Assembly (NCBI GenBank): GCA_963577685.1
Contig: CAUZAE010000001.1
Span: forward strand, 1-51,631
DNA length: 51,631 bases
Direction of reading: 5' to 3'
Source of the DNA: Gemmatimonadales bacterium UBA6960
GTDB lineage: Bacteria > Gemmatimonadota > Gemmatimonadetes > Longimicrobiales > Gaopeijiaceae
Shown in pieces: positions 26,438-35,136 of the stretch. Each line of letters begins with the position of its first letter. The first letter of the stretch is position 1. The notes beneath the pieces are model-generated. The model did not search any database. It worked only from the letters and a program-made list of their open reading frames with translations, and had not been told where the DNA came from. The translations under genes were made by a program, and so were the position numbers.

Positions 26438-27508
26438 ATGGCATTCATGGAAGAACAGGAAATCGCCGACGTTGCAGACCCATCGGACGCGGTTCCCCTC
26501 GAGAGTCCTGACGACATCGATCTCGCCGACCGGATGAAGGCGGGGCGAGAGCAGATCATCGCCGAAATCCGCAAGCTCATCATCGGGCAGGAAGAGGTGA
26601 TCGATCAGATGCTCCTCTCCCTCTTCGTGGGTGGAAACAGCTTGCTCCTCGGTGTTCCGGGGCTCGCCAAGACCCTGTTGATCCACACTGTGGCCGAGGT
26701 CTTGGACCTCAAGTTCTCCAGAATCCAATTCACGCCAGACCTGATGCCTTCGGACATTACCGGCACGGACCTCATCCAGGAGGACCCCGATACCGGGCGA
26801 CGCACCATGGAGTTTTCACCTGGGCCGATCTTCGCGAACATCGTCCTGGCGGACGAGATCAATCGGACCCCACCCAAAACTCAGTCGGCGCTGCTAGAGG
26901 CGATGCAGGAGCACCGGGTGACCGTGCAGGGAACAACCTACGTCCTGGAAGAGCCCTTCTACGTCTTCGCCACGCAGAACCCCATCGAGCTCGAGGGCAC
27001 GTATCCACTTCCCGAGGCCCAACTCGACCGGTTCATGTTCAAGATCCTCATGGACCACCTCGAGGAGGATGAGGAGCTGGACGTGGTGAGGACCACGACC
27101 GGAATCCTGGATCCTGATTTCAGCCACACGATCACGGGCCCGGACCTGGTGGCCTTCCAGCAGCTCGTCCGAAAGGTGCCGGTTCCCGATGCGGTGCTTC
27201 GCTACGCTGTGGGCCTCGTGCGGGCGACACGCCCGAGCCCAAACGGAGACTCCCCCGAGTTCGTTGCGAAATGGATCTCGTTTGGCGCGAGTGTCCGGGC
27301 CGCACAGTACCTGATTCTCGGTGGGAAGGCCCGCGCGCTGACGCAGGGGCGCTACAACGTGAGCTTCGAGGACATTCGTGCCCTGGCTCATCCCGTGATG
27401 CGGCACCGCATTCTCACGAACTTTCACGCTGAATCAGAGGGCGTCACCACGGGCCAGCTCGTCGATCAACTCCTCGAGTCCGTTCCCGTACCTAGCTCGG
27501 GCCTCTAA
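26438..27508 (+). CDS. MoxR-family AAA+ ATPase
   Basis: Walker A LLLGVPGLAKTLL, Walker B IVLADEINRTPPKTQSALLEAMQE, FYVFATQNPIELEGTYPLPEAQLDRF, typical MoxR core of about 330 aa. Confidence 0.95.
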   Translation: MAFMEEQEIADVADPSDAVPLESPDDIDLADRMKAGREQIIAEIRKLIIGQEEVIDQMLLSLFVGGNSLLLGVPGLAKTLLIHTVAEVLDLKFSRIQFTPDLMPSDITGTDLIQEDPDTGRRTMEFSPGPIFANIVLADEINRTPPKTQSALLEAMQEHRVTVQGTTYVLEEPFYVFATQNPIELEGTYPLPEAQLDRFMFKILMDHLEEDEELDVVRTTTGILDPDFSHTITGPDLVAFQQLVRKVPVPDAVLRYAVGLVRATRPSPNGDSPEFVAKWISFGASVRAAQYLILGGKARALTQGRYNVSFEDIRALAHPVMRHRILTNFHAESEGVTTGQLVDQLLESVPVPSSGL

Positions 27509-27513
27509 GTCCG

Positions 27514-28437
27514 ATGGCGGTCCAGGAACGAACGGCGTTCAGCGGTAGCTCGGCGCAATTCCTCGACCCGGTGGTTCTGAGCCGCATCAACAACCTGGAG
27601 TTGCTGGCCCGAACCGTAGTCGACGGATTTCTACAGGGTCTGCATCGGTCGCCACATCTGGGGCTGTCTCTGGACTTCGCCGAACACAGGGCATATATGC
27701 CCGGCGACGACATCCGAAGGGTCGATTGGCGCCTGTTCGCGCGCACCGACCGCTTCTACGTAAAACAATTCGAGGCGGAGACCAGCGCAAACTTCATGGT
27801 CGTCGTGGACGTCTCGAAGTCCATGAGCTTCGGTTCTCACTCCGCCACCAAGCTCGACTACGCCCGCTTTCTAGGCGCGGCTCTCGCCTACTTCTCACAG
27901 AAACAGCGTGATCGGGTCGGTCTGGTCACATTCGATCACGAGATCGTGCAGTACGTGCCGCCGTCGACCCGACACCTAGATCTCGTTCTCCATACACTGG
28001 CACGTGCAGAGCCCGGTCGACCGGGCGCCCTGCGCGATCCTCTCCTACGTGTGGGCGAGACGCTCAACCACCGGGGAATCATTCTTCTGCTCTCGGATTT
28101 CTATGAGGAGGCGGAGGAGGTGATCGAATCCGTGCGCCACCTGCGCTCGAGGGGCCACGACGTGATCGTCTTTCACATACTCGATCCTGAGGAGTTGGAG
28201 TTTACATATGACAGTCCCGCCAGCTTTCAGGACCTCGAAAGCGAGACGATGATTCCGGTGGTGCCCGCTGAGCTCGCCGACGACTACCGTACGCTCATCC
28301 GGCAGCACACCGACGAACTGAGTCGTCTCTTCACGGGGAGCCAGATCGATTACACGGTACTCGACACGTCCAAGCCGTTGGACTATGCGCTCTTCAGCTA
28401 TCTTTCCCGCCGCGAGAAGCTGACCAGGGTCCGCTGA
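27514..28437 (+). CDS. DUF58 family protein (vWA-like, MoxR partner)
   Basis: GDDIRRVDWRLFARTDRFYVKQFEAETS and MVVVDVSKSMSFGS (DxSxS). It starts 5 nt after moxR, the typical MoxR-DUF58 pairing. Confidence 0.92.
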   Translation: MAVQERTAFSGSSAQFLDPVVLSRINNLELLARTVVDGFLQGLHRSPHLGLSLDFAEHRAYMPGDDIRRVDWRLFARTDRFYVKQFEAETSANFMVVVDVSKSMSFGSHSATKLDYARFLGAALAYFSQKQRDRVGLVTFDHEIVQYVPPSTRHLDLVLHTLARAEPGRPGALRDPLLRVGETLNHRGIILLLSDFYEEAEEVIESVRHLRSRGHDVIVFHILDPEELEFTYDSPASFQDLESETMIPVVPAELADDYRTLIRQHTDELSRLFTGSQIDYTVLDTSKPLDYALFSYLSRREKLTRVR

Positions 28438-30566
28438 TGAGTCTCCTCGCACCCCTCTTTCTGCTGGGCCTCGCCGGGCTCGCCATACCGGTCCTGGTGC
28501 ATCTTACCGAGAGGCAGCGCCGAAACGTGATCGAGTTCCCCTCCCTCATGTTTCTCCGAAGGATCCCTTTCCGCTCGACTCAGCGCCGCAAGATCCACCA
28601 CTGGTTCTTGCTGGCTATCCGTGCGCTGGCGCTCGCCCTCCTGGTTGTGGCTTTTGCTCGCCCGTTCTTTCAGGATGCCGAGGTGGTCATAGGCTCTACG
28701 CTTGGACCTCGCGAGATCGTGGTCGTGGTCGACCGCTCCTACTCCATGGGGCTGGGCGATCGCTGGGAGAGGGCTAAGGAAGCCGCCAGCGGCGTGCTGC
28801 AATCGCTTGATCCGTCGGATCGCGCCAGCCTCGTGTTCCTGGGAAGGGGGGCGGACGCCGTTCTCAGATCGAGCTCCGATCGACAACGTCTTCTCACTGC
28901 GATCGACACGGCTGCGGTGAGTGATGAGGTGACGCGTTACGGCCCCGCGCTCAAGCTCGCCCAGACGATCGTGGAGGAGTCCGAGCTACCGAACCGCGAG
29001 GTCGTGATCGTCAGTGACTATCAGCGCTCCGGCTGGTCCGGCGACGAGGGCGTTACGTTCCCGGCCGGGACCGTGGTCACGCCGATTCAGATCTCCGACG
29101 ACGTCGTCGCCAACTCCACGGTCACGTCCGTCGCACTGCGGCGGGACTTTTTTTCAGGACGTGAGCGCATGACGGCGACGGCGCGTGTGACCCAGCGCCA
29201 AGGCGTTGAAGCCATCCAGCAGCGGATCGTCTTGGAGTTGGATGGCCAGGAGGTCCAAAGCCAGATGGTAAACCTGGATCCGACAGGATCCGCTACGGTG
29301 ACGTTCGAGCCGTTTACGCTCGGGGAAGCCTACACCCGCGGTGCGATTCGTTTGGCCGGCGACGCACTGCCGCAGGACGATCAACTGCATTTCGTATTGT
29401 CTCCGGGCAGAGCCCTACGCGCGCTCATTTTCGAGGGCGGCAATGCGCGTCCCGATGCCAGTCTCTACATCCAGCGAGCCCTCGAGATCAGCGAGGAGTC
29501 CTCTTTTCAGGTAGAGATCAGACGATCCACATCGATTTCGGAGGCCGACCTTCAGGCTGCCGCGGTGATCGTGTTGAACGATATACGCTTCCCTCAAGGA
29601 GCTACGTCCGAACGCTTGCGCCGATTCGTGGAGGGTGGCGGTGGGCTTCTGATGGTGCTCGGTGAGCGGAGCGCGTGGCAGGGTGGCCTCGAGGATCTGC
29701 TGCCCGGACGCTTCGGAGCCGCGCAAGATCATACGCGCCGCGCCGCCCGGCTCGGCTTTCTCGACTACACGCATCCGGTGTTCGAGCTCTTCGGTGGACC
29801 CAGGGGTGGAGACTTCGCACGAGCCCGCTTTTTTCGCTCGCGGGCGCTGACAGTGGGCCCCGAGGGCCGGGTGCTCGCTCGGTTCGATGACGGTTCGGTG
29901 GCTCTCGCCGAGCGGCGATTGGGTGAAGGCCATGTCTTGGTGTGGGCCAGCACGATGGACTCCTTCTGGAACGATCTGGCAGTCCAACCGGTCTTTCTAC
30001 CGTTCATCCATCAGCTAGTCCGGCATCTAGGGGGAGAGCGAGAGCGAGTACCTTGGTTCACGGCCGGTCAGGTCATCGATATCGCGGATCCCGACGGAAT
30101 GGCGTTGGTGATAGACCGGGAGTCCGAATTGGCGGACGACCTGGAGCAGGTGGCGATTACCCCCGGAGGCGGGAGTATCACCTTGCCGGTGACCGGCGGA
30201 TCCCGTTTTTTGGAGCTGCGGGAGCAGGGTTTCTACGAGGTACGACCGCCGGGAAGCAACCCGGATAGGGCCTTCAGCGTCGCAGTGAATGTCGACGTGG
30301 CTGAGTCCGATCTAGACATCATGGATCCCACGGAGTTCGCGGGAGCGGTCGCTCCCAGGGAAACGAGCACCGATTTGGGAGCGAACGGTCTCGCCACTCC
30401 GGAAGTTCGGGCGAGGGACCAGGAACGCAGGCAAGCCCTTTGGAGATTTCTGATAGCAGGGGCTCTGATCTTGTTGTTGACCGAGACCGCCGCGTCGAAC
30501 TGGCTTTCTCGCACGGCGGCGAAGAGATTTGATGGTGGGAGGGAGTATGCAGCGCTCAACACATAG
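28437..30566 (+). CDS. BatA-type protein: N-terminal double-TM aerotolerance-regulator domain, vWA, GATase1-like domain, C-terminal TM
   Basis: MSLLAPLFLLGLAGLAIPVLVHL (BatA_N-like), MIDAS VVVVDRSYSMG, VIVLNDIRFP...GGGLLMVLGE, C-terminal LWRFLIAGALILLLTE. TGATG overlap with the DUF58 gene. Confidence 0.88.
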   Translation: MSLLAPLFLLGLAGLAIPVLVHLTERQRRNVIEFPSLMFLRRIPFRSTQRRKIHHWFLLAIRALALALLVVAFARPFFQDAEVVIGSTLGPREIVVVVDRSYSMGLGDRWERAKEAASGVLQSLDPSDRASLVFLGRGADAVLRSSSDRQRLLTAIDTAAVSDEVTRYGPALKLAQTIVEESELPNREVVIVSDYQRSGWSGDEGVTFPAGTVVTPIQISDDVVANSTVTSVALRRDFFSGRERMTATARVTQRQGVEAIQQRIVLELDGQEVQSQMVNLDPTGSATVTFEPFTLGEAYTRGAIRLAGDALPQDDQLHFVLSPGRALRALIFEGGNARPDASLYIQRALEISEESSFQVEIRRSTSISEADLQAAAVIVLNDIRFPQGATSERLRRFVEGGGGLLMVLGERSAWQGGLEDLLPGRFGAAQDHTRRAARLGFLDYTHPVFELFGGPRGGDFARARFFRSRALTVGPEGRVLARFDDGSVALAERRLGEGHVLVWASTMDSFWNDLAVQPVFLPFIHQLVRHLGGERERVPWFTAGQVIDIADPDGMALVIDRESELADDLEQVAITPGGGSITLPVTGGSRFLELREQGFYEVRPPGSNPDRAFSVAVNVDVAESDLDIMDPTEFAGAVAPRETSTDLGANGLATPEVRARDQERRQALWRFLIAGALILLLTETAASNWLSRTAAKRFDGGREYAALNT

Positions 30567-33500
30567 GACCAACCGCCACCCCGAAGTCCTTCGCATGGTG
30601 CGTCGGATCCGCCAACGTTGGCGGACTCGGATCGCCATCCGCGGTGCGGCGATCATTCTCGGCGCTGGACTCGTCGCGTTCTTAGTGTCGGTCTATGGAC
30701 TTGAGTTCTTCCGATTCAGCGCTTCGTCCGTCGTGGCGTTCCGCGCTGTTCTGTGGGTCGTCATGGCAGGACTCACGGTGCGTTATCTCGCCTGGCCCCT
30801 CACCCGCCGAGTCTCGGATGAGCAAGCGGCGCTCTATCTGGAGGAAAACGAACCCTCTCTTGAAGCGGCCGTTCTGGGGGCGCTCGAGACCGGTGTGGCG
30901 GGAAGCTTCAACTCTGAGGCTCTCGAGGAGCGACTCGTGGAAAGTGCCCTCCACAGAGCTCAAAAGGTCGACTTCGGTCGGCGAATCGAACAGCGGGGTC
31001 TCTACAAGGCATCGGGGGCGCTAGCGGGCATCGTCTTCGCAACGCTCGCACTCCTCCTGTTGGGTCCCGCTCAACTTAGACACGGGGCGTCGGCTCTTCT
31101 CTTCCCGACGCGAGATGCGGGAGCAGTGAACCCGTACTCCATCCTGGTTGAGCCCGGTGACGTGACCATCGCGCGCGGCTCCGATCAGATCATTGCCGCC
31201 CAACTCCAAGGATTCGAGAACGAAGCCGTGCAGGTTTTCTTCAAGTCCGAGTCCTCGGAAGCCTTCGACAGGTTGTCCATGCTCCCCGACGGAGGCGACG
31301 GCTTCGAGCTATTGCTGCTCAGCGTCGATCAGAATACGGAGTACTTCGTGGAATCCGCCGGAATTCGCTCCGCGACCTTTGAGATCGAGGTGGCCGATCT
31401 GCCGTACGTAGACCGCCTCGAGCTCGAGTATCGCTTTCCTTCCTACACCGGGCTGCCGCCCCGAACCGTGGAGGTGGGAGGAGACATCGCCGCACTGAAG
31501 GGCACAACCGTGACGTTGAGGGTTTTCCCCACGATGCTCACACCCGGCGGACGCTTGTTGGTGGATTCCCAGCCGGTCGAACTCGTCGACGAGGGAGATG
31601 GCACGTTGACGGGTAGCCTGACGGTGCAAACCGATGGCTACTACCACATCGAGTTGGCTCGAGCCGACGGTAGTCTCGTGCCGGCCTCACCACAGTACAC
31701 GATCGACGTTCTCACCGATCAGCCACCCTCGGTGTCCTTCTCTAAGCCCGGACGGGACACGCGGGCCAGTACCATCGAAGAGCTGTTTCTAGAGGCGAGG
31801 GCGGACGACGACTTCGGCGTCGCGGAGCTGCTCCTCATCTACTCGGTCAATGGCGGTCCCGCTGATACGATTTCCATGTTCGACGGGCGATCGGTTCCCG
31901 AGGTGACGGCAGGCCATACCCTCTACCTCGAGGAGTTCGGCCTCGAACCCGGTGATCTCGTTTCCTATTATGCCCAGGTGAATGACAACAACCGGGCGCC
32001 AGAGAGCCGGGCCGTCACCAGCGACATCTACTTCGTCAAGATCCGTCCCTTCCGAATCGATTACCGTCAGGGCGAGGAAGCGGGAGGAGGAGGAGGCGGT
32101 GGCGGTGGTGGTGGCCCCGCTGACGAGGGCCTCTCCGAGCTGCAAAAAGAGGTTGTCGCCGCAACGTTCAACATAATGCGAGACCGGGAACGGTACGGCG
32201 AGTTGGAGTTCCAAGAGAACCTGGTAAGTGTGCGGTTGGGGCAGGCCCGGGTCCGAGAGCAAGTGGAGGGACTGCTACAGCGTCTGCTCGCTCGTGGAAT
32301 GGCGTCGGACCCCCAGTTCGAGCGTATTGCCGAATTGCTCCCCAAGGCTGTGGAGGAGATGAAGGCCGCTGAGGTGAGTCTGGAAGCAGCCGAACCAGAG
32401 TCCGCCCTTCCACCGGAACAAAGAGCTTTGTTGAATCTCCAGAAGGCCGAGGAGACCTATGAAGCCGTGGTCTCCCAGGGAGGACAGGGCGGCGGGGGCG
32501 GCGGCGGGGGCGCAAGCGCGGAAGATCTTGCGGACCTCTTCGAGCTCGAACTCGACAAGCTGAAGAATCAGTACGAGACGGTGCAGCGGGGGGAACGTCG
32601 CGAAGCGTCTGAACAGCTAGAAGAAACGCTGGAGCAGCTGAAGGAGCTCGCGAGGCGGCAACAGCAAGAGGCCGAGCGCCAGAGACGTGCCTCGGCCCAG
32701 CAGGGCGGTGCAGGAGGCAGTGCTAGCCGAAGTCAGCGACAGCTCGCCGACGAAACCGAGGAAGCGGCCCGGCAGTTGGAGCGGCTGGCTCGCGAGATCA
32801 ACGACCAGCAATTGATGGAAGCTGCAGGAGAGATACAGGACGCGGCCAATGACATGCGTCGCTCCGCAGCCTCGAATGGCAGCAGCTCGGGGTCGGCAGA
32901 CGCGGGCTCGGCCCTCGACCGCCTCGAGGAGGCCCGCCGCCGTCTGGAGCGAGACAGGGTGAGTCGGCTGCGGGAGGATGCAGAAGAGGCCCTTCGGAGG
33001 ACCCAGGACCTGGCTGCCGAGCAGCGCGAGATTCAGGACCAGATGGCCCGTCTGGGAGAAGAGGGCGGCGGCGACGTCAGAGAGGCTGCGCGACGATTGT
33101 TCGAGCGGAAAGAAGCGATGGCCGAGGAGTTGGCTGATCTCGAAAGCCAGATCGACAGACTGTCCAGTGATGCTCGCTCGGATCAGCGGGAGACGTCCGA
33201 CCGTCTCAAGGAGGCCGCCAACTCAATTCGGGACAACAAGCTCAAAGAGCGCGTCCGATACTCTAGAGGTCTCATTGGGACGCGAGATCAAGATTATACA
33301 GGGGAGTTCGAGGCGGAAACGACTCGCGCGGTCGACGAACTCCAGCAGCGCTTGGAGGAGGCCGTGGAGGCGGTGGGTAACTCCCCGGAGAATCAGCGGG
33401 CAGAGGCCCTGGACCGGGTGAGAGACCTCACCCGAGGCGTGGAGTCACTCTCACGACGCCTCGACGAACGCAGAGACCGCGGTGCGGGGGGTCAGGAGAA

Positions 33501-34044
33501 CCAACAGGGTGAGGGCCAACAGGGACAAGGCCAGGGACAGGGTGGAGACGAGCAGGGCGAGGGGCAAGGCCAAGGACAGGGCGAGGGGCAAGGACAGGGC
33601 AGCGGGCAAGGCGGTGAGGGCGGAAGACGCCTGGACGGCGGCGGCGGTTCTCCGAGAGGTGGAAATGCCAGTTCGCGACCTGGAGCCATGGCGCCTGGAG
33701 AAATCCGTCAAACACGCCGTGAAGTTCAAGAGCGCATTCGGGAAGCCGTCGACCTCCAGCGCCTTCTGCAGGAGGAGGAGCTGAACACCGAGCAACTCAA
33801 TGACGTCATAGCGGCCCTTCGCGCTTTGGATCGGGATCGCGTTTACACGGACGTGGGAGAGGTGGCAAGGCTTCAGTCGCAGATTATCGAGGGGCTGAAG
33901 CAGTTGGAGTTTGGGCTCCGCCGCGAGTCGGAAGGGAACGACAGGGACCGGGTTTTTCTGTCGGGTTCTGATGAGGTACCGACGGGGTTCCGCCGCTTGG
34001 TGGAAGAGTACTATAAGGCGCTTTCGAGGCAGCCCGGTGGCTGA
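30547..34044 (+). CDS. DUF4175-like giant membrane-anchored coiled-coil protein with poly-Gly and Gly/Gln low-complexity linkers
   Basis: ATG 30547 is immediately preceded by GGGAGGGAG. N-terminal basic segment plus two TM helices (AAIILGAGLVAFLVSVYG, AVLWVVMAGLTVRYLAW). Beta-rich middle region. The C-terminal roughly 550 aa are E/R/Q/A-rich heptad-like, interrupted by G11, G8 and (GQ/GE)n tracts. Confidence 0.85.
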   Translation: MQRSTHRTNRHPEVLRMVRRIRQRWRTRIAIRGAAIILGAGLVAFLVSVYGLEFFRFSASSVVAFRAVLWVVMAGLTVRYLAWPLTRRVSDEQAALYLEENEPSLEAAVLGALETGVAGSFNSEALEERLVESALHRAQKVDFGRRIEQRGLYKASGALAGIVFATLALLLLGPAQLRHGASALLFPTRDAGAVNPYSILVEPGDVTIARGSDQIIAAQLQGFENEAVQVFFKSESSEAFDRLSMLPDGGDGFELLLLSVDQNTEYFVESAGIRSATFEIEVADLPYVDRLELEYRFPSYTGLPPRTVEVGGDIAALKGTTVTLRVFPTMLTPGGRLLVDSQPVELVDEGDGTLTGSLTVQTDGYYHIELARADGSLVPASPQYTIDVLTDQPPSVSFSKPGRDTRASTIEELFLEARADDDFGVAELLLIYSVNGGPADTISMFDGRSVPEVTAGHTLYLEEFGLEPGDLVSYYAQVNDNNRAPESRAVTSDIYFVKIRPFRIDYRQGEEAGGGGGGGGGGGPADEGLSELQKEVVAATFNIMRDRERYGELEFQENLVSVRLGQARVREQVEGLLQRLLARGMASDPQFERIAELLPKAVEEMKAAEVSLEAAEPESALPPEQRALLNLQKAEETYEAVVSQGGQGGGGGGGGASAEDLADLFELELDKLKNQYETVQRGERREASEQLEETLEQLKELARRQQQEAERQRRASAQQGGAGGSASRSQRQLADETEEAARQLERLAREINDQQLMEAAGEIQDAANDMRRSAASNGSSSGSADAGSALDRLEEARRRLERDRVSRLREDAEEALRRTQDLAAEQREIQDQMARLGEEGGGDVREAARRLFERKEAMAEELADLESQIDRLSSDARSDQRETSDRLKEAANSIRDNKLKERVRYSRGLIGTRDQDYTGEFEAETTRAVDELQQRLEEAVEAVGNSPENQRAEALDRVRDLTRGVESLSRRLDERRDRGAGGQENQQGEGQQGQGQGQGGDEQGEGQGQGQGEGQGQGSGQGGEGGRRLDGGGGSPRGGNASSRPGAMAPGEIRQTRREVQERIREAVDLQRLLQEEELNTEQLNDVIAALRALDRDRVYTDVGEVARLQSQIIEGLKQLEFGLRRESEGNDRDRVFLSGSDEVPTGFRRLVEEYYKALSRQPGG
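33481..33655 (+). repeat. imperfect tandem Gly-Gln/Gly-Glu coding repeats (GGNCAR/GGNGAR iterations)
   Basis: ggtgagggccaacagggacaaggccagggacagggtggagacgagcagggcgaggggcaaggccaaggacagggcgaggggcaaggacagggcagcgggcaaggcggtgagggc encodes QGEGQQGQGQGQGGDEQGEGQGQGQGEGQGQGSGQGGEGG. Confidence 0.85.
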
Positions 34045-34079
34045 TTGAGCCGTGTGATCAGATTCGTGGCTGTTCGCCC

Positions 34080-35117
34080 ATGAAGGTCGGGGTTCTGATC
34101 CTCAACTTTGGAGAGCCCGAGAACGCGACCCTCGAGGAGGTCGTTCCGTTCCTGGAACGAATATTCGCCCGAAACGCGTCGTTGGAGCCCGGCAAGAGCG
34201 CCGAGAGTCGAGCCCACAAGCTCGCCAAGGACCGTGCTCCGGGCCTGATCGAGGAGTTCAAGAGGATCGGCGGGTCCCCGTTGAACGTACAGGCCCGAAA
34301 ACAAGCCCGCATGGTCGAACTCACCCTCAAGCGCCGAGGCTTCGACGTGCGGTGCTACTCTGGACACCAGTTCACGGAGCCGTTCATCAAGGCGGCGGTG
34401 GCTGCGGCCGAGTCGGATGGCGTGGAGAAACTCGTGGCTCTCCCTGTCTATCCTCTATGCGGGATGTCGACGACTGTAGCCGCTTTGGAGGATGTCCAGG
34501 CGGCTCTCGAGGATCTTCCGCGGACGATTCCTGTGCGGGAGATCACGGGGTGGCACAGGCACCCGGACTACGCACGGTTGCGAGCCGATAATATTCTCGA
34601 CTTCGTGAGTAGGGAGGGCGTCGACCTTCACGCCTCCGATACCAGACTCGTGTTCTCGGCCCACGGTACGCCCATCAAGTACCTGAAGAGCGGTCCCAGG
34701 TATGTGGAGTATGTCGAGGAGACGTGCCGGGCGATCGCGCGGGCGCTAGGGACCAAGGATTATCTGCTCGGATATCAGAACCATACGAACAGAGACATCA
34801 AGTGGACGTCTCCATCGATCGACGATGTGGTCCAAGGCCTCGAGGGCTCCCGCATCGTGGTCGAATCAGTCAGCTTCATGCATGAACAATCCGAGACGCT
34901 CGGCGATCTCGATGGTGACCTCAAAGAGCTCGCCGAGAGCTCGGGACTGGAATTCCATCGAGTGCCCATTCCCCATGATGATCCCCGCTTTGCAGCTCTC
35001 TTGGCGGACCTGGTGGAGGACGCTCTCAGAGTGGAGCCGATCATGGGCGAACTGGGATTGCGGCGCTGTATGTGTCGCCCGAGCCTTGTCACGTTTTGCC
35101 TCAACGCCGCGGAATGA
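34080..35117 (+). CDS. hemH: ferrochelatase (or coproporphyrin ferrochelatase)
   Basis: KVGVLILNFGEP, GGSPLN, VALPVYPLCGMSTT, VFSAHGTPIKY, conserved ferrochelatase signatures. It starts 35 nt after the upstream operon on the same strand. Confidence 0.92.
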   Translation: MKVGVLILNFGEPENATLEEVVPFLERIFARNASLEPGKSAESRAHKLAKDRAPGLIEEFKRIGGSPLNVQARKQARMVELTLKRRGFDVRCYSGHQFTEPFIKAAVAAAESDGVEKLVALPVYPLCGMSTTVAALEDVQAALEDLPRTIPVREITGWHRHPDYARLRADNILDFVSREGVDLHASDTRLVFSAHGTPIKYLKSGPRYVEYVEETCRAIARALGTKDYLLGYQNHTNRDIKWTSPSIDDVVQGLEGSRIVVESVSFMHEQSETLGDLDGDLKELAESSGLEFHRVPIPHDDPRFAALLADLVEDALRVEPIMGELGLRRCMCRPSLVTFCLNAAE

Positions 35118-35136
35118 GGGCGACGCGGCCCGGCGA

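Noticed and set aside
33481-33655. Repetitive DNA that might superficially suggest a CRISPR array or minisatellite.
   Set aside because: The repeat unit is 3-6 nt and in frame inside a long ORF (a Gly/Gln/Glu tract). There is no repeat-spacer organisation and there are no cas genes in the window.
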